Origin: Hypanus sabinus
Lineage: Eukaryota
DNA: 64,000 nt
NCBI RefSeq assembly: GCF_030144855.1
Contig: NC_082723.1
Coordinates: forward strand, 63,426,001 to 63,490,000
Reading direction: 5' to 3'
The notes below the pieces were generated by a model. That model saw only the letters and a list, made by a program, of their open reading frames with translations, ran no database searches and was not told the DNA's origin. Both the position numbers and the translations under genes were made by a program. Positions 1 to 12,914 of the stretch are shown in pieces (positions within the stretch are counted from its first letter, which is position 1; the number at the start of each line of letters is the position of its first letter).

Positions 1-1227
1 GCCACTGGATCGCAGGCCACACCTCTCACCGCCACTGGATCGCAGGCAACACCTCTCACCGCCACTGGATCGCAGGCCACACCTCTCCCCGCCACTGGAT
101 CGCAGGCCACACCTCTCTCCGCCACTGGATCGCAGGCCACACCTCTCCCCGCCACTGGATCGCAGGCCACACCTCCCCGCCACTGGATCGCAGGCCACAC
201 CTCTCACCGCCACTGGATCGCAGGCCACACCTCTCACCGCCACTGGATCGCAGGCCACACCTCTCACCGCCACTGGATCACAGGCCACACCTCTCACCTC
301 CACTGGATCGCAGGCCACACCTCTCACCTCCACTGGATCACAGGCCACACCTCTCCCCGCCACTGGATCGCAGGCCACACCTCTCACCTCCACTGGATCA
401 CAGGCCACACCTCTCCCCGCCACTGGATCGCAGGCCACACCTCTCCCCGCCACTGGATCGCAGGCCACACCTCTCACCGCCACTGGATCGCAGGCCACAC
501 CTCTCACCGCCACTGGATCGCAGGGAACACCTCTCCCCGCCACTGGATCGCAGGCCACACCTCTCCCCGCCACTGGATCGCAGGCCACACCTCTCCCCGC
601 CACTGGATCGCAGGCCACACCTCTCACCGCCACTGGATCGCAGGCCACACCTCTCCCCGCCACTGGATCGCAGGCAACACCTCTCCCTGCCATTGGATCA
701 CAGGCCACACCTCTCCCTGCCACTGGATCGCAGGCAACACCTCTCACTGCCACTGGATCGCAGGCCACACCTCTCCCTGCCATTGGATCACAGGCCACAC
801 CTCGCCCCGCCACGGGATCGCAGGCAACACCTCTCACTGCCACTGGATCGCAGGCAACACCTCTCCCTGCCATTGGATCACAGGCCACACCTCGCCCCGC
901 CACGGGATCGCAGGCAACACCTCTCACTGCCACTGGATCACAGGCCACACCTCTCCCCACCACTGGATCGCAGGCTGCCCCACCACTGGATCGCAGGCAA
1001 CACCTCTCACCGCCACTGGATCGCAGGCCACACCTCTCACCTCCACTGGATCACAGGCCACATCTCGCCCCGCCGCTGGATCGCAGGCCACACCTCTCAC
1101 CTCCACTGGATCACAGGCCACACCTCGCCCCGCCACTGGATCACAGGCCACACCTCTCACCTCCACTGGATCGCAGGCCACACCTCTCCCTGCCACTGGA
1201 TCGCAGGCAACACCTCGCCCCGCCACT
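1..1227. repeat. 30-bp minisatellite (unit ~GCCACTGGATCGCAGGCCACACCTCTCACC, ~41 copies in window, runs off the left edge)
   Basis: Tandem periodicity is directly visible. It explains the repetitive ORFs 693..1229 and 924..1286 and probably lies in AP4M1 intron 2. Confidence 0.97.
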
Positions 1228-3119
1228 GATGGTATCAATAGGAAGTGCTGCCTCAAGGCAACATTCAAACGTATCCACCAACTCACAAGAAGTAAAGAAG
1301 CCTAAAGTTCCACACCACCAGGTTCAAGAACAGCTATTTCTCTTCAACCATTGGGTTCTTGAATTGATCTGCACCAACTATAATCACTACCTCAGCACAG
1401 CAACACTATGAGCACTTTGATCACTTAGTACTACAATGAACTTTTCCAAGTTTTTCATTGCACCTGTGCAAATGTGGACTTATGATAATAAGCTTCATTT
1501 TGACATTGAAGGCAAGGGGAGGCCTGGTCTGTACTGCTGTAATCTGAGGATATTTTCATTATACAGTAGGCTGCTTACTTGATCAGTAACAAACTGAATG
1601 ATGCAATGAACAATTTGCTGGATTGTGAGGGTTGAGTGGCAGCTGTGGAGGGAGAAGGAACTGTTGACATTTTTAGTTGTGACCATGCATCAGGACCAAG
1701 AAATGGTGTACAGCTGGACGACAAACGCTGCTCCAGTGTCTACCAACCTTGTCCTTTGAGTTACAGGTTTGGGAGGTACCACTGAAGTTGGTGGTGAGCT
1801 AATGGAGCGAATTTTATAACTAAGTGCAAACTGTCACAACAGTGCACTGTGCGTATGGTGTGAATATTTACCACTTATCAGGACTTCTGGGACCCGGACA
1901 TGGTTTAGGTCCTTGAGTAAAATTGTGGCCTCATTCCACCAGACAATCAGAGATCCAGATGATCCCGGACTACAATTCACGTTCAATTTAATTCATACTC
2001 TGTGCCTTTGTATAAGTGGTGCCAGAGTATGTGTGTGCCCAGTCCACTTACATTTCTCTAAAGGTAATCGATATTTAATATATCACATTCCATCTGTCAA
2101 CACCACTGTCCTCAGTAGTGATCCCATCAGCCCTTTCCCACTCCTTTACTTCACTGTAGCCTTCCCACATGTCGCTCAACTCCACTTGATTTTTTTCGCC
2201 TATAGTTCACATTTTTACATGTATTTAAGGGATATTATGCAGCAGCAGGTCCTTGGAGCGTGGGAGAAAACCCAGGCATCCCGTGCAACCACAGATGTAC
2301 AAACCCCACCCTACAGCCTAACTGCTGTCCTTTGGTGCTGGTCTTTGGTCAGCGGTGACCTCCCCAGTCGAAGGTTGACAGTATTGTTGTCATTTATCGT
2401 CACATGTACCAGGATAACTGAAAAGCCTGTCTTGCATACCGTTCACACCGATCAAATCATTACATAATGCATAACAGAACAAGGTAAAACAGTAACAATG
2501 TAGAGAAAGTGCAATGCAGGTGAACAGTGAAATGCAAGAGGTAGACTGTGAGGTCAGGAGTCCAGTTTTATCGTACAAGGTCCATTCAAGAGCCTGATAA
2601 CTATGAGATGGAAACTGCTCTCGAGACTGGTGTTATGTGATTTCATTCTTTGCATCTTCGCCCTGATGGGAGAGGGGAGAAGAGACAATGTCTGGGGTGG
2701 GTGGTGGCTGAGGCAACAAGTAGTACAGCCAGAATCCCATGGAGCAGATCATGGTAGAGTAACATGAATGCTACTCACCACTTGATCATCCTGGTTACAG
2801 TTGGGTGCAGACAGGAATTCTTCTAACCCCTGAGGTTACAGAGTCATCAAAAACTCTGGTGCAGAAACAGGTCCTTCCCGTCTGTGCTGACCTGTTTTTC
2901 TGCCTTGTCCCATCTACCTGTCCCTGAGGTTGTCAACAGAACCAACCATTTGATTACGCACTGCAAATATTCCCACATCTTAGAATGGAGAAGCTAACCG
3001 CCACGTGATGAGCAGTGGGTAATGGTGCATGGTCATGTAGGAGAGGCTTGGATCATGTTTCCCAACACAGGATGAAACCAGAAATGTTCAGCTTCTGAGA
3101 AATTATAAAGATCACTTAC

Positions 3120-3205
3120 CATGACAACAGGGGCCTGGTCTCTGGGTAAACATGTCACCTTCTGGTAGAAAACATCGATGACGTCCTTGGGATCCTCACC
3201 ACGGA
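3120..3205 (-). CDS. AP4M1: AP-4 complex subunit mu-1, coding exon 2 (FRGEDPKDVIDVFYQKVTCLPRDQAPVVM)
   Basis: The minus strand reads ttcag|TCCGTGGT...GTCATG|gtaagt. The translation matches the mu4-adaptin N-terminus (human [30 protein letters not shown], recalled) and the phase is compatible with exon 1. Confidence 0.9.
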
Positions 3206-3583
3206 CTGAATAGCTCAGTCAAGGAAAAGTCATCGTCAGAGTCGACCCACCGTGGAGAACTTGTGCCTCCATCTACGTTCAGTTAGCACTAAATGCACAC
3301 AGCATCACTCTCGAGCTCGCTCAGTCACTCTCTTTTACACACACTATCGAGCTCACTCACACGCAGTCACTCCTGTTCTATCTCACGGACAGTCACACTT
3401 GCTGGCAACCACAGGGCATACACAAGAGTGGGTCCAGCAAGGATGGAGGATGTAGCTCCGCACGGGACCACGATACAAAACCCCGATCCTCTCCGCACAG
3501 CCCGAGGATGTCCCTCCCTGTCGTCACCAGGAACCGGTTGTTTACACCCCACCCGTGGTAAACACATGTCCGCCCCGGGATAC
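3206..3583 (-). other. AP4M1: U12-type (minor spliceosome) GT-AG intron 1 of AP4M1
   Basis: 5' splice site GTATCCCG; branch site TTTTCCTTGAC ending 12 nt before the exon; no polypyrimidine tract between the branch site and AG. Confidence 0.8.
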
Positions 3584-3641
3584 AGTCCTTGTAGATGAGG
3601 TGGTCGCCGCGGGACGACAGAATGAACACCTGAGAAATCAT
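3584..3641 (-). CDS. AP4M1: AP-4 complex subunit mu-1, coding exon 1 (MISQVFILSSRGDHLIYKD)
   Basis: Near-identical to the AP4M1 N-terminus (MISQFFILSSKGDPLIYKD). The 58-nt exon is followed by GTATCC and is divergent from MCM7 as in mammals. Further exons were not found and are presumably left of the window. Confidence 0.92.
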
Positions 3642-3805
3642 CGCCCCGCGCCCACCCCCAGCTGCACAGGCCGCGTCGTGACGCTATTCGAAGCGACGTC
3701 GTCAGCGTGCGTCACCAGAGCGACGGGAACCAGGGAACCAATCGGCTGCGGCCCTGATTCGACTTCCCGGACTTCTTACCTGCTCTGTCCACAGTGGTTG
3801 TTACC
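3642..3805 (-). promoter_or_regulatory. CpG-rich 5'UTR/promoter of AP4M1
   Basis: CpG-dense stretch directly upstream of the ATG with CCAAT (gaaccaatc), CRE-like TGACG half-sites and an ETS-like ACTTCC. Confidence 0.6.
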
Positions 3806-5330
3806 CAGGGTTAGCTCGAACTAATTAGCTCTGATTAACTCAGGGTTAGCTCGAACTAACTCGGAGTTAGCTCTGATTAACTCAGGGTTAGCTCGAACTA
3901 ATTAGCTCTGATTAACTCAGGGTTAGCTCGAACTAACTAGTTCTGATTAACTCGGGGTTAGCTCGAACTAACTCGGAGTTAGCTCTGATTAACTCAGGGT
4001 TAGCTCGAACTAACTCGGAGTTAGCTCTGATTAACTCAGGGTTAACTCGAACTAACTGGGAGTTAGCTCTGATTAACTCAGGGTTAACTCGAACTAACTC
4101 GGAGTTAGCTCTGATTAACTCGGGGTTAGCTCGAACTAACTCGGAGTTAGCTCTGATTAACTCAGGGTTAGCTCGAACTAACTAGTTCTGATTAACTCAG
4201 GGTTAGCTCGAACTAACTCGGAGTTAGCTCTGATTAACTCAGGGTTAGCTCGAACTAACTAGTTCTGATTAACTCAGGGTTAACTCGAACTAACTCGGAG
4301 TTAGCTCTGATTAACTCAGGGTTAGCTCGAACTAACTAGCTCTGATTAACTCAGGGTTAACTCGAACTAACTCGGAGTTAGCTCTGATTAACTCAGGGTT
4401 AGCTCAAACTAACTAGCTCTGATTAACAGGGTTAACTCGAACTAACTCGGAGTTAGCTCGAACTAACTCGGAGTTAGCTCTGATTAACTCAGGGTTAGCT
4501 CGAACTAACTAGTTCTGATTAACTCAGGGTTAGCTCGAACTAACTCGGAGTTAGCTCTGATTAACTCAGGGTTAGCTCGAACTAACTCGGAGTTAGCTCT
4601 GATTAACTCGGGGTTAGCTCGAACTAACTGGGAGTTAGCTCTGATTAACTCAGGGTTAACTCGAACTAACTCGGAGTTAGCTCTGATTAACTCGGGGTTA
4701 GCTCGAACTAACTCGGAGTTAGCTCTGATTAACTCAGGGTTAGCTCAAACTAACTAGTTCTGATTAACTCAGGATTAGCTCGAACTAACTCGGAGTTAGC
4801 TCTGATTAACTCAGGGTTAGCTCGAACTAACTAGTTCTGATTAACTCAGGGTTAACTCGAACTAACTCGGAGTTAGCTCTGATTAACTCAGGGTTAGCTC
4901 GAACTAACTAGCTCTGATTAACTCAGGGTTAACTCGAACTAACTCGGAGTTAGCTCTGATTAACTCAGGGTTAGCTCGAACTAACTAGCTCTGATTAACT
5001 CAGGGTTAACTCGAACTAACTCGGAGTTAGCTCTGATTAACTCAGGGTTAGCTCGAACTAACTCGGAGTTAGCTCTGATTAACTCAGGGTTAGCTCGAAC
5101 TAACTAGCTCTGATTAACTCAGGGTTAACTCGAACTAACTCGGAGTTAGCTCTGATTAACTCAGGGTTAGCTCAAACTAACTAGCTCTGATTAACTCAGG
5201 GTTAACTCGAACTAACTCGGAGTTAGCTCTGATTAACTCAGGGTTAGCTCGAACTAACTCGGAGTTAGCTCTGATTAACTCGGGGTTAGCTCGAATTAAT
5301 TCAGAGTTAGTTCTGAATAACTAGGGTTAG
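3806..5330. repeat. Palindrome-rich minisatellite of two related 21-mers (TCAGGGTTAGCTCGAACTAAC / TCGGAGTTAGCTCTGATTAAC; 42-bp unit plus a 35-bp deletion variant)
   Basis: Directly visible; decays into degenerate 21-mers up to about 5520. Confidence 0.95.
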
Positions 5331-5589
5331 CGCTGGTTAACCGGGAGAGCTGGTAATATTCGGGTTTGTTCTGATTTCCCCTGGATTAGCGCCAGTTACA
5401 AATGATAACTGCAGGTTACCCCAGGGTTAATGCTGGATATTTCTGAGTTAGCTCTGGCTATCGCTACAATTTTGCTAGTTATCCATGGGTTAGAGCTGTT
5501 TACCCAGAATTAGTGGTGGTTAATTTGTGCTTCAGCCCAAGATTTATGCTAGTTGAACGACAAGGGCAGAGAGTATGGATAAAATTTGT

Positions 5590-6210
5590 TTTCAGTTTGG
5601 CAACTCGTGAACAGTGGGGTGTCCCCAGAATCACTGCTTTTTTAAGAAGATAACAAAAGTGGTTGTTGAAGGTTATGCAATAGAAATTATCTACATGGAC
5701 TTTAATAAGACATTTAGTAAAGTTCCTCATGGTAGATTGATTCAGACGATAAAGATACATGGGTTCCAGGGTGAATCGCAAGTTTGGATTCAGAACTAGC
5801 TTCCCATAGCAGACAGAAAGTAGGGATGGAAGGCTGTTACTCTGGCTGGAGGTGCAAGGCCAGTACTGTTCTTCAAGGATTGGTGCTGGAACCTCTTTTG
5901 TTTGTGATATTTATCAATGATTCAGATGAAAATATAGATGGGTGGATTTGCAAGTTGTGGATGATATCAAGATTTATAGAGTTGTGGACGGTGTAAAGGA
6001 TCACCAAAGAATACTGTAGATCATTTACAGAGGTGGGTAGAGAAGAAGCAGATGGAGTTTAATCCAGGCAAGTCTGAGGTGTTGCACTTTGGGAGGTCAA
6101 ATAAAAGGAGGAAGAACACATGTAATGGTTGGGCTCTTGACAGTACTGAAGTTCAGAGTGATTTTGAGATCCAGATGCATGGTTCACTGAAAATGGGTAC
6201 ACAAGTGAAT
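5590..6210 (+). mobile_element. CR1-type LINE reverse transcriptase (RT) fragment
   Basis: Degenerate motifs YMDFNKTFSKVPHGRL, QGLVLEPLLFVIFIND and MEFNPGKSEVLHFGRSN. Boundaries approximate. Confidence 0.85.
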
Positions 6211-7769
6211 TGTTCTGGTCTAATTGTCATTCAACCACACATGAATACAGCCAAAAGAAGCAGTGTTATTCTGGGGCCAGTACCAACAGTCTCACACAGC
6301 ACAAAGTACATACAAGATAGCAAGCACACATAGGCTATCAGTAAACAACGGTCACGCAAAAAATATATTCAAAGACCCTGTGTCCATGAATGTTACAGAA
6401 ATCTGCAATTGAACACAATACGGCTTGTTTTCTGCCCAGCAAACACTGGGGGCAGCATTGCCTCCGGTGGAGCACAATGACTCTTGACGCCCCTTTCCTG
6501 GGCAGCTGTAAACAGGCGACACCACGGCTTCAGGCCTGGTCCTTGTAGCGCCCCTGCTATCCACAAATAAATCGGTGAATCGGACTTGCAGCGTTCCACA
6601 TTAGTGATGCCCAACAGGGTTTTGTGATCACAAGAAAAGTGACTAAGACGATCACTCGCCGTTAGGCTGCACAGCTTTGCGCACCGATCTCTCTCTGAGG
6701 CAGACAGCAGACCGTTCCGCACCAAGTCCAGCTCTTTAAGTTTCTCCGCCAACAAGCAACTCGCGGATGGGGCAGACCCGCAGTACTTAATGTCCAACAA
6801 GGTCTTGTGATTGTAAAAAATATGTAAACAATAAGGTGGTAAAGAGTAAACGCAAGATATTCTGCTGATGCTGGAAGTCAACAAAATGCTGGAGGAACTC
6901 AGCATGTCAGACTATGTGCGGCTCCAATGCCGTATTCGTTTGATGACAACACCACAGTTGTTAACCAAATCAGAGGTGGTGATGAATCAATGTAAAGGAG
7001 AGAGATTGAAAATCTGACTGAATGTTGCCACAACAACCTTTCACTCAACATCAGCAAAGCTAAAGAGCTGATTATTGACTGCAGGAAGAGGATACCAGAG
7101 GGCCATGGGCCAGTGCTCATCTGCAGATCAGAGGGGAAGAGGGCCATTCATTTTAAATTCCTTGGCGTTACCATTTGTCCTAGAACCAGCACGCAAGTGC
7201 CATTACAAAGAAAGCAAGGTCGCATTTCCACTTTCTTAGAGGTTTGTGTAGATTCAGCACGTCATCTAAAACTCTGGCAGTGGAGAGTATCCTGACCGGT
7301 TGCATCACAGCGTCACGGAGGTTAATGTATAAAACCACAAGAGCAGAATTAGGCCATTCGCTCATGCTGATCCTGGATCCCACTCAACCCCATACACCTG
7401 CCTTCTCGCCATATCCCCACCCTGACCGATCAGGAAATTATCATCTTCTGCCTTAAATATACACACAGACCTGCCCTCCACCGCAGTCTGTGGCAGAGCA
7501 TTCCACAGATTCACTACTCTCTCGCTAAAAAATTCATCCTTATCTGCGTTCTAAAGGACTGCCCCTCAATTTTGAGGCTGTCCCCTCTAGTTCTGGATAC
7601 CTTCACCGAAGGAAACATCCTCTCCACCCTATCTAGTCCTTTCAACATTCAGTAGGTTTTGATATCCCCCACCCCCACGTTCTTCTAAATTCTAGTGAGT
7701 ACAGGCCCAAAGCTGCCAAATACTCCTCAGATGTTAACCCCTTCATTCCCAGAATCATCCTCATGATCC

Positions 7770-8050
7770 TCAAATAGCACAATGCTATTACAGCTCAGTG
7801 TTTCAGAATTCAATTCTGGCCCCGTTCTGTAAGGAGGTTCTACACATCCTCCCCGTGGAATGCATGGGTTTTCTCTGGGTCGTCCACTTTCCTCCTGTAG
7901 TCCAAAGATGTACTGGATAGCTTAATTGGTCATTACAAATTATTCTGTGATTAGGCTAGGGTTAAGTGGGTTTGTCGGGGTTTCTGGGGCAGCACGATTC
8001 GAAAGGCTGAAAGGGCCTACTCCAAGCTGCATCACTAAATAAAATAAGAT
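7770..8050 (+). mobile_element. tRNA-derived V-SINE/HE1-like element
   Basis: Core tgcatgggttttctctgggtcgtccactttcctcctgtagtccaaagat and an A-rich tail. Family assignment is from recalled consensus. Confidence 0.55.
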
Positions 8051-9799
8051 AAAAAACGACCTGGCATGGAAACACAAATGCCCATGGACAGAAAAGCCTC
8101 CAAAGAGTGGTGGATACATCCTAGTCCATCACAGCAAAAGCCCTCCCCACCACTGAGCACCTCTACAAGGAACACTGCCGCAAGAAAGCAGCATCTGCCT
8201 TCAAGGACCCCACCATCCAGGCCACGCTCTCTTATTGCCGCTGCCATCGGGAAGGAGGTTCAGGAGCCTCAGGTCCCACGCCAGTATTACCCATCAACCA
8301 TTAGGCTCCTGAACCAGCATGGAGAACTTTCAATGAAGAAGTAATTCCACAACCTATGGACTTACTTTCAAGGACTCTACATCTCATGTTTCAATATTAT
8401 TTTATGATTATCTAGTTATTATTATTATTAGTATTATCTGTTTTTATATTTGCACAGTTTTGGACACTGGTTGCCTGTCAGTGCTTGTGTGTAGTTCTTC
8501 ATTGATTCTGTTGTTTCTTTGTATCTACTGTGAATGTCTGCAAGAAGATGAATCTTGGAATAGAAAATGGTGACATATATGTACTTAGAAAGCAAGTTTA
8601 CTTTGAACTTTAACCATCTATGGAGGAACATAAACTGCTTTTGGTTTGGGTCAAGACCCTTCATCAGAAAGGTACGGCATTGATAGGAGTGTTGACTCTA
8701 AAAGTAAGAGCAAGTATAAACTCAGTGGCCACTTTTTTTTTGTACGGGAGGTATTTCTGCATGTGCATTGTTTTCTGCTGCTGTAGCCCATCCACTTCAA
8801 GGTTTGACATGTTGTACGTCCGGAGATGTTCTACTGCACTTCACTTTTGTAATGTGGTTATCAGAGATACTATCAACAGTCTGGCCACTCTCCTCCGATC
8901 TCTACCATTAACAAGGCATTTTCACTCACAGAACTGCCACTCTCTGAATGTATTTTGTTTTTCACACTGTTTTCTCCAAACTGTAAAAATTGTTGTGTAT
9001 TTAAAATCCCAGGAAACCAGCAATTTCTGAGGTACTCTAACCACCCCATCTGGCACCAACAATCATTCCATGGTCAAAGTCACTTAGATCACGTTTCTTT
9101 CCCATTTCAATGTTTGGTCATTCCCACAGTCCTGATTGATAAGCTACAGAACCTGGGTCTCTGTACCTCCCTCTGCACTTGGATCCTCAACTTCCTTACC
9201 AGAAGATCACGATCTGTGTAAATTCATAATACCTCCTCCTCACTGACATTCAAATTAGCAGCAGATTGGCACACTACAGTGGGCCAAATGGCTTGACAAG
9301 TGCTCTTCTGTTCTACTGTGTCCATACACTCCCTGCTGTCTCAGGAAAGCAGACAAAATAATCAAGGAGCCTTCTGATCTGGCTTTTCTCCCCATTCCCA
9401 TCAGGAAGATGCAAAAGCTCGAGAGCGTGAGCCACCATGCTCAAGAACAGCCTCTATCCGGCTGTAATCAGAGTTTCCAATGGACCTTTCATATACGAAC
9501 AATGAACTCTCGGTCTACCAGTCTACCACGTCATGGCCCTTGCACCTTGTTATCTGCCTGCACTACACTTGTTTATACCTGTAACATGATATTCAACATT
9601 CTGTTTTGTATTTCCTTTTATACTACCTCGATGTACTTAATCTTGTGTGCAAGATGGCGCTGGCAAATCATGGTGATATGTTGCAGCCTACATACAAAAC
9701 TTACTAATTTACCGCTTTTGAATTACTCTCACTGCAATCTGCAGCCTGTAATTTCCCTTTAAGCAACATACTTTGAACCAACAATTTCACAGTCTTCCG

Positions 9800-12700
9800 A
9801 AGAACTCAGTGGAGTTAACTGTCATGTGAGCAGGGAGTTAAGTGGACTAAGGTCCATTGCCATGGCTGGAACAGAGGAAGGAGGGGAGGACTCCAGCCAA
9901 ACTGAGACGCAGAGGAATGAAGCTCCCTCTGCCCAGCATCTTGTTAGCAAATGTAGAGTTGCAGAACAAGATTGAAAACCTAATGTAATGTTAAGAAGTT
10001 AGCATCTTGTATGCCGCTTGTGACCCTGGCTATTTTTTGTAAGGGTCATAGCAGCTAAGAGCTTGAGAAAAAGAGTTTAGATGCACAAATGCTTTCTCAT
10101 AAGATAAGCTGGGCGGGTGACATCATCCTTGGTACGTGATCTGCACTTAACTTCAGTTTTGCTTAGAGTAACTTGTATCATTGCCTGATTAATTGCTGTG
10201 AGAAACCTATTTTGCCTTGTATTCCTTATGGCATCTGCAAGATAAGCATTAAAAAGAGTGGCTATTTTCAAAGGCAGGAGGCTTTGAATGGTAAGCCTGT
10301 GCCTGTCTGTATCCAGACATAGAAACAATTAAAACTGTTATACGAACAATTTATGAGTGATGAAAGTTTACAATACTTGTCTGTACAGAAACGAAGGGGG
10401 TGAACCCACATGTACCTGTGTACGTGACTGCATGATATAAAAAGAACAGCATTTGCTTCAGAAGAGAGAGACCCTTGAAGCAGGCTCCGAGAGAGAGTGC
10501 TTAAGGAGGGTTCTCTCGGGTAACTTGCTAATAAAGAGTTAGTACTTGGTGTCTTTGCATCGGGTAGATGGAAAGAAGTTTATAACACTAAGGGCAAGAT
10601 TGCTGCATTAGAGGGGAATCTGGAATTGCATTCTGTGTTTCATGGAGACATGGCTCACTCTGGACATGCTAGATGTACTGGTGAAGGTTTCTCGATTTAG
10701 AGGATACACCAAACTGCTGATTCAAAGAAGCAAAAGGCGGGAGTGTGTTTTTCATGATAAACTCTTAGCGGGGCTAGATGTGATGGTTTTATTATAGTCT
10801 TGTTCCCCCGACCTGCAACATCTAATGACTAAGTACCGACCATTCTACTTATCAAGGGAGTTCTCCTCCATGATCCTGGCCGCTCTTCGTATAACCATCA
10901 AAAGTTGATATTAATCAGACACTCGAGATACAGAATGATGTAATCACCAAACAAGAAACAACCCATTCCAATGCATTTCAAATCAGAGATGGGGGACTTC
11001 AATCAGACTTGTTTGAAGAAATCTGCCCAACTATCATCAGCATATGACCTGAAGCACCAGGGATCCCAACACACTAGACACACTGCTATAATATGAAAAG
11101 GAATGCCTACCATTACATGCTCAGGAAATTTGATCACTTGGCTGTCCTCCTACCTGCAAAGAGGCAGAGCTTAAAGAGATTATGACAACAAAGAGGTGGT
11201 TGGCAGATGAGTGGCTATGGGAATGTTCAAGGACTCATAAGAGGATCTTAGTGAATACACTGCGGTTGTCACAAGCTTTATAAAAACAGTCAGAGTCTTC
11301 CTCAACCAGAAGCCCTGGATGAACTATGAGATCCGATATCTGCTGAGGCCCAGATCAGTGGTTTTCAGGTCTGACAACCAAGATACAAGAGGTCCAGGTA
11401 CGATCTCTGGAAAACCATCTCATGTGAAAGTGCCAATTCTGGACCAGATTTGAATCACTGAAGGATGGTTGACAGCGGTAGCAGGCCTACAATGCTATTA
11501 CTCTTACAAAGAGAAACCAAGTGACATAGGTGAGAACAAGGCTTCACTCCCAGGTGAACTCAATGCCTTCTGTGCTCACTGACAGTTAAACCATGGAGGA
11601 ACCTTCACAAACTCTGACAGCCCTCAGTGACTTCTGTCTCTGAGGCTGATGTGAGAGCATCCTTCAGGAAGATGAACCTACAGAAAGCATCCAGCCCAGA
11701 TGGGGTATCCGGCTCAATACTAAAGACTTGTGCTGACCAAATGGCTGGAGTGCTCATCGATATCTTTAAAGTCTCAATTCAGCAGTCTGAGGTACCCAAC
11801 TGCTTCAAACAGGCTTCAATTATACTGAGGCCTAAGAAGAACATGGTAACCTGCCTCAATAACTATCATCCAGTAGCACTTACATCCACCATGATGAATT
11901 CATTTGAGAGGTTGCTGATGAAACATATCAACTCCGGCCTGAGAAACAACTTGGATTTGCTTTGTATGCCAATGGGCACAACGGGTCCATCATAGCAGAT
12001 GCCATTTCATTGACGGTTCACTCAACCCTAAAATGCCTGGACAGCAAGGATACATATATAGGATGCTCTTTATCAACTACAGCCCAGCATTCAATACCAT
12101 CATCCCCTCAAAACTAATCAATAAGCTTCAAGATCTTGGCCCCAATACCTCCTTGTGCAATTGGATCCTCCATTTTCTCACTGTTTGGATTGACAATAAC
12201 GTCTCCTCGATGATCTCCAACAGACTAACACATGTGCACAGGGCTGTGTGCTCAGCCCCATGCTCTACTCGCTGCACAACTCCTACGCCATATTCATGTC
12301 TGCTGATGACACTGCTGTCATAGGCCGAACAAAAAGTGGTGATGACTCAGAGGGAGATTGAAAACCTGGCTGAGTGGTGCCACAACAACAACCTCTCACT
12401 CAGTATCAGCAAGACCAAGGAGCCGATTATTGATTTCAGGAAGAGGAAAGCAGAGGTCCATGAGAGGTGGAGAGGGTCAGCAACTTGAAATTCCTCAGTG
12501 TTATCATTTTAGAAGATTTGTCCTGAGTGCAGCACTCAGTGCAATTCGGAATAAAGCATGGTAGCACCCCTAACTCCTTAGAAGTTCGTGAAGATTCAGC
12601 ATGACACCTAAAATTTTGACTAACTTTCTATAGATGTGTGGTGGAGAGTACATGGACCGGTTGCATCACAGCCTGGTATGGAAACACCATTGCCCTTGAA

Positions 12701-12910
12701 CAGAAAATCCTACAAAAAGTAGTGGATATGGCCTAGTGTAAGCCCTCCCGACCACTGAGCACATCTGCATGAAGCGTAGTCGTGGGAAAGCTGTATCCAT
12801 CATCTAGGACTCCCACCACCCTGACCATGCTCTCTTCTCACTGCTGCCATCAGGAAGAAGGTACAGAAGCTTTAGGATCTACATCACAATGTCAAGGAAC
12901 AGTTATTACC
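9800..12910 (+). mobile_element. Degenerate Rex1/Babar-like non-LTR retrotransposon (endonuclease + RT), interrupted by a solo LTR
   Basis: Remnant motifs PSILLANV..NKIE.LRARL, KASSPDGVSG..LKTCADQMAGV, YHPVALTSTMM..FERL and [19 protein letters not shown], with many frameshifts. Confidence 0.85.
9984..10587 (+). mobile_element. Solo LTR (604 bp) with 4-bp TSD CTAA
   Basis: Begins TGT and ends ACA, flanked by CTAA at 9980-9983 and 10588-10591. Contains TATAAAA (~10436) and AATAAA (~10530). Removing it restores the host LINE sequence. Confidence 0.85.
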
Positions 12911-12914
12911 TCTC

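Noticed and set aside
693-1286. 178-aa and 120-aa repetitive ORFs
   Set aside because: Products of the 30-bp minisatellite.
1495-1686. MVTTKNVNSSFSL as a possible AP4M1 exon 3
   Set aside because: The resemblance is superficial. The DNA looks like the recurring Penelope-type terminus and lacks convincing splice sites and the upstream exon-3 residues.
1-5330. Repeat arrays as possible CRISPR arrays
   Set aside because: The units are contiguous with no unique spacers, there are no cas genes, and the context is eukaryotic.
3806-5330. Interstitial telomeric repeat
   Set aside because: Only an isolated AGGGTTAG occurs per unit; there is no tandem (TTAGGG)n.
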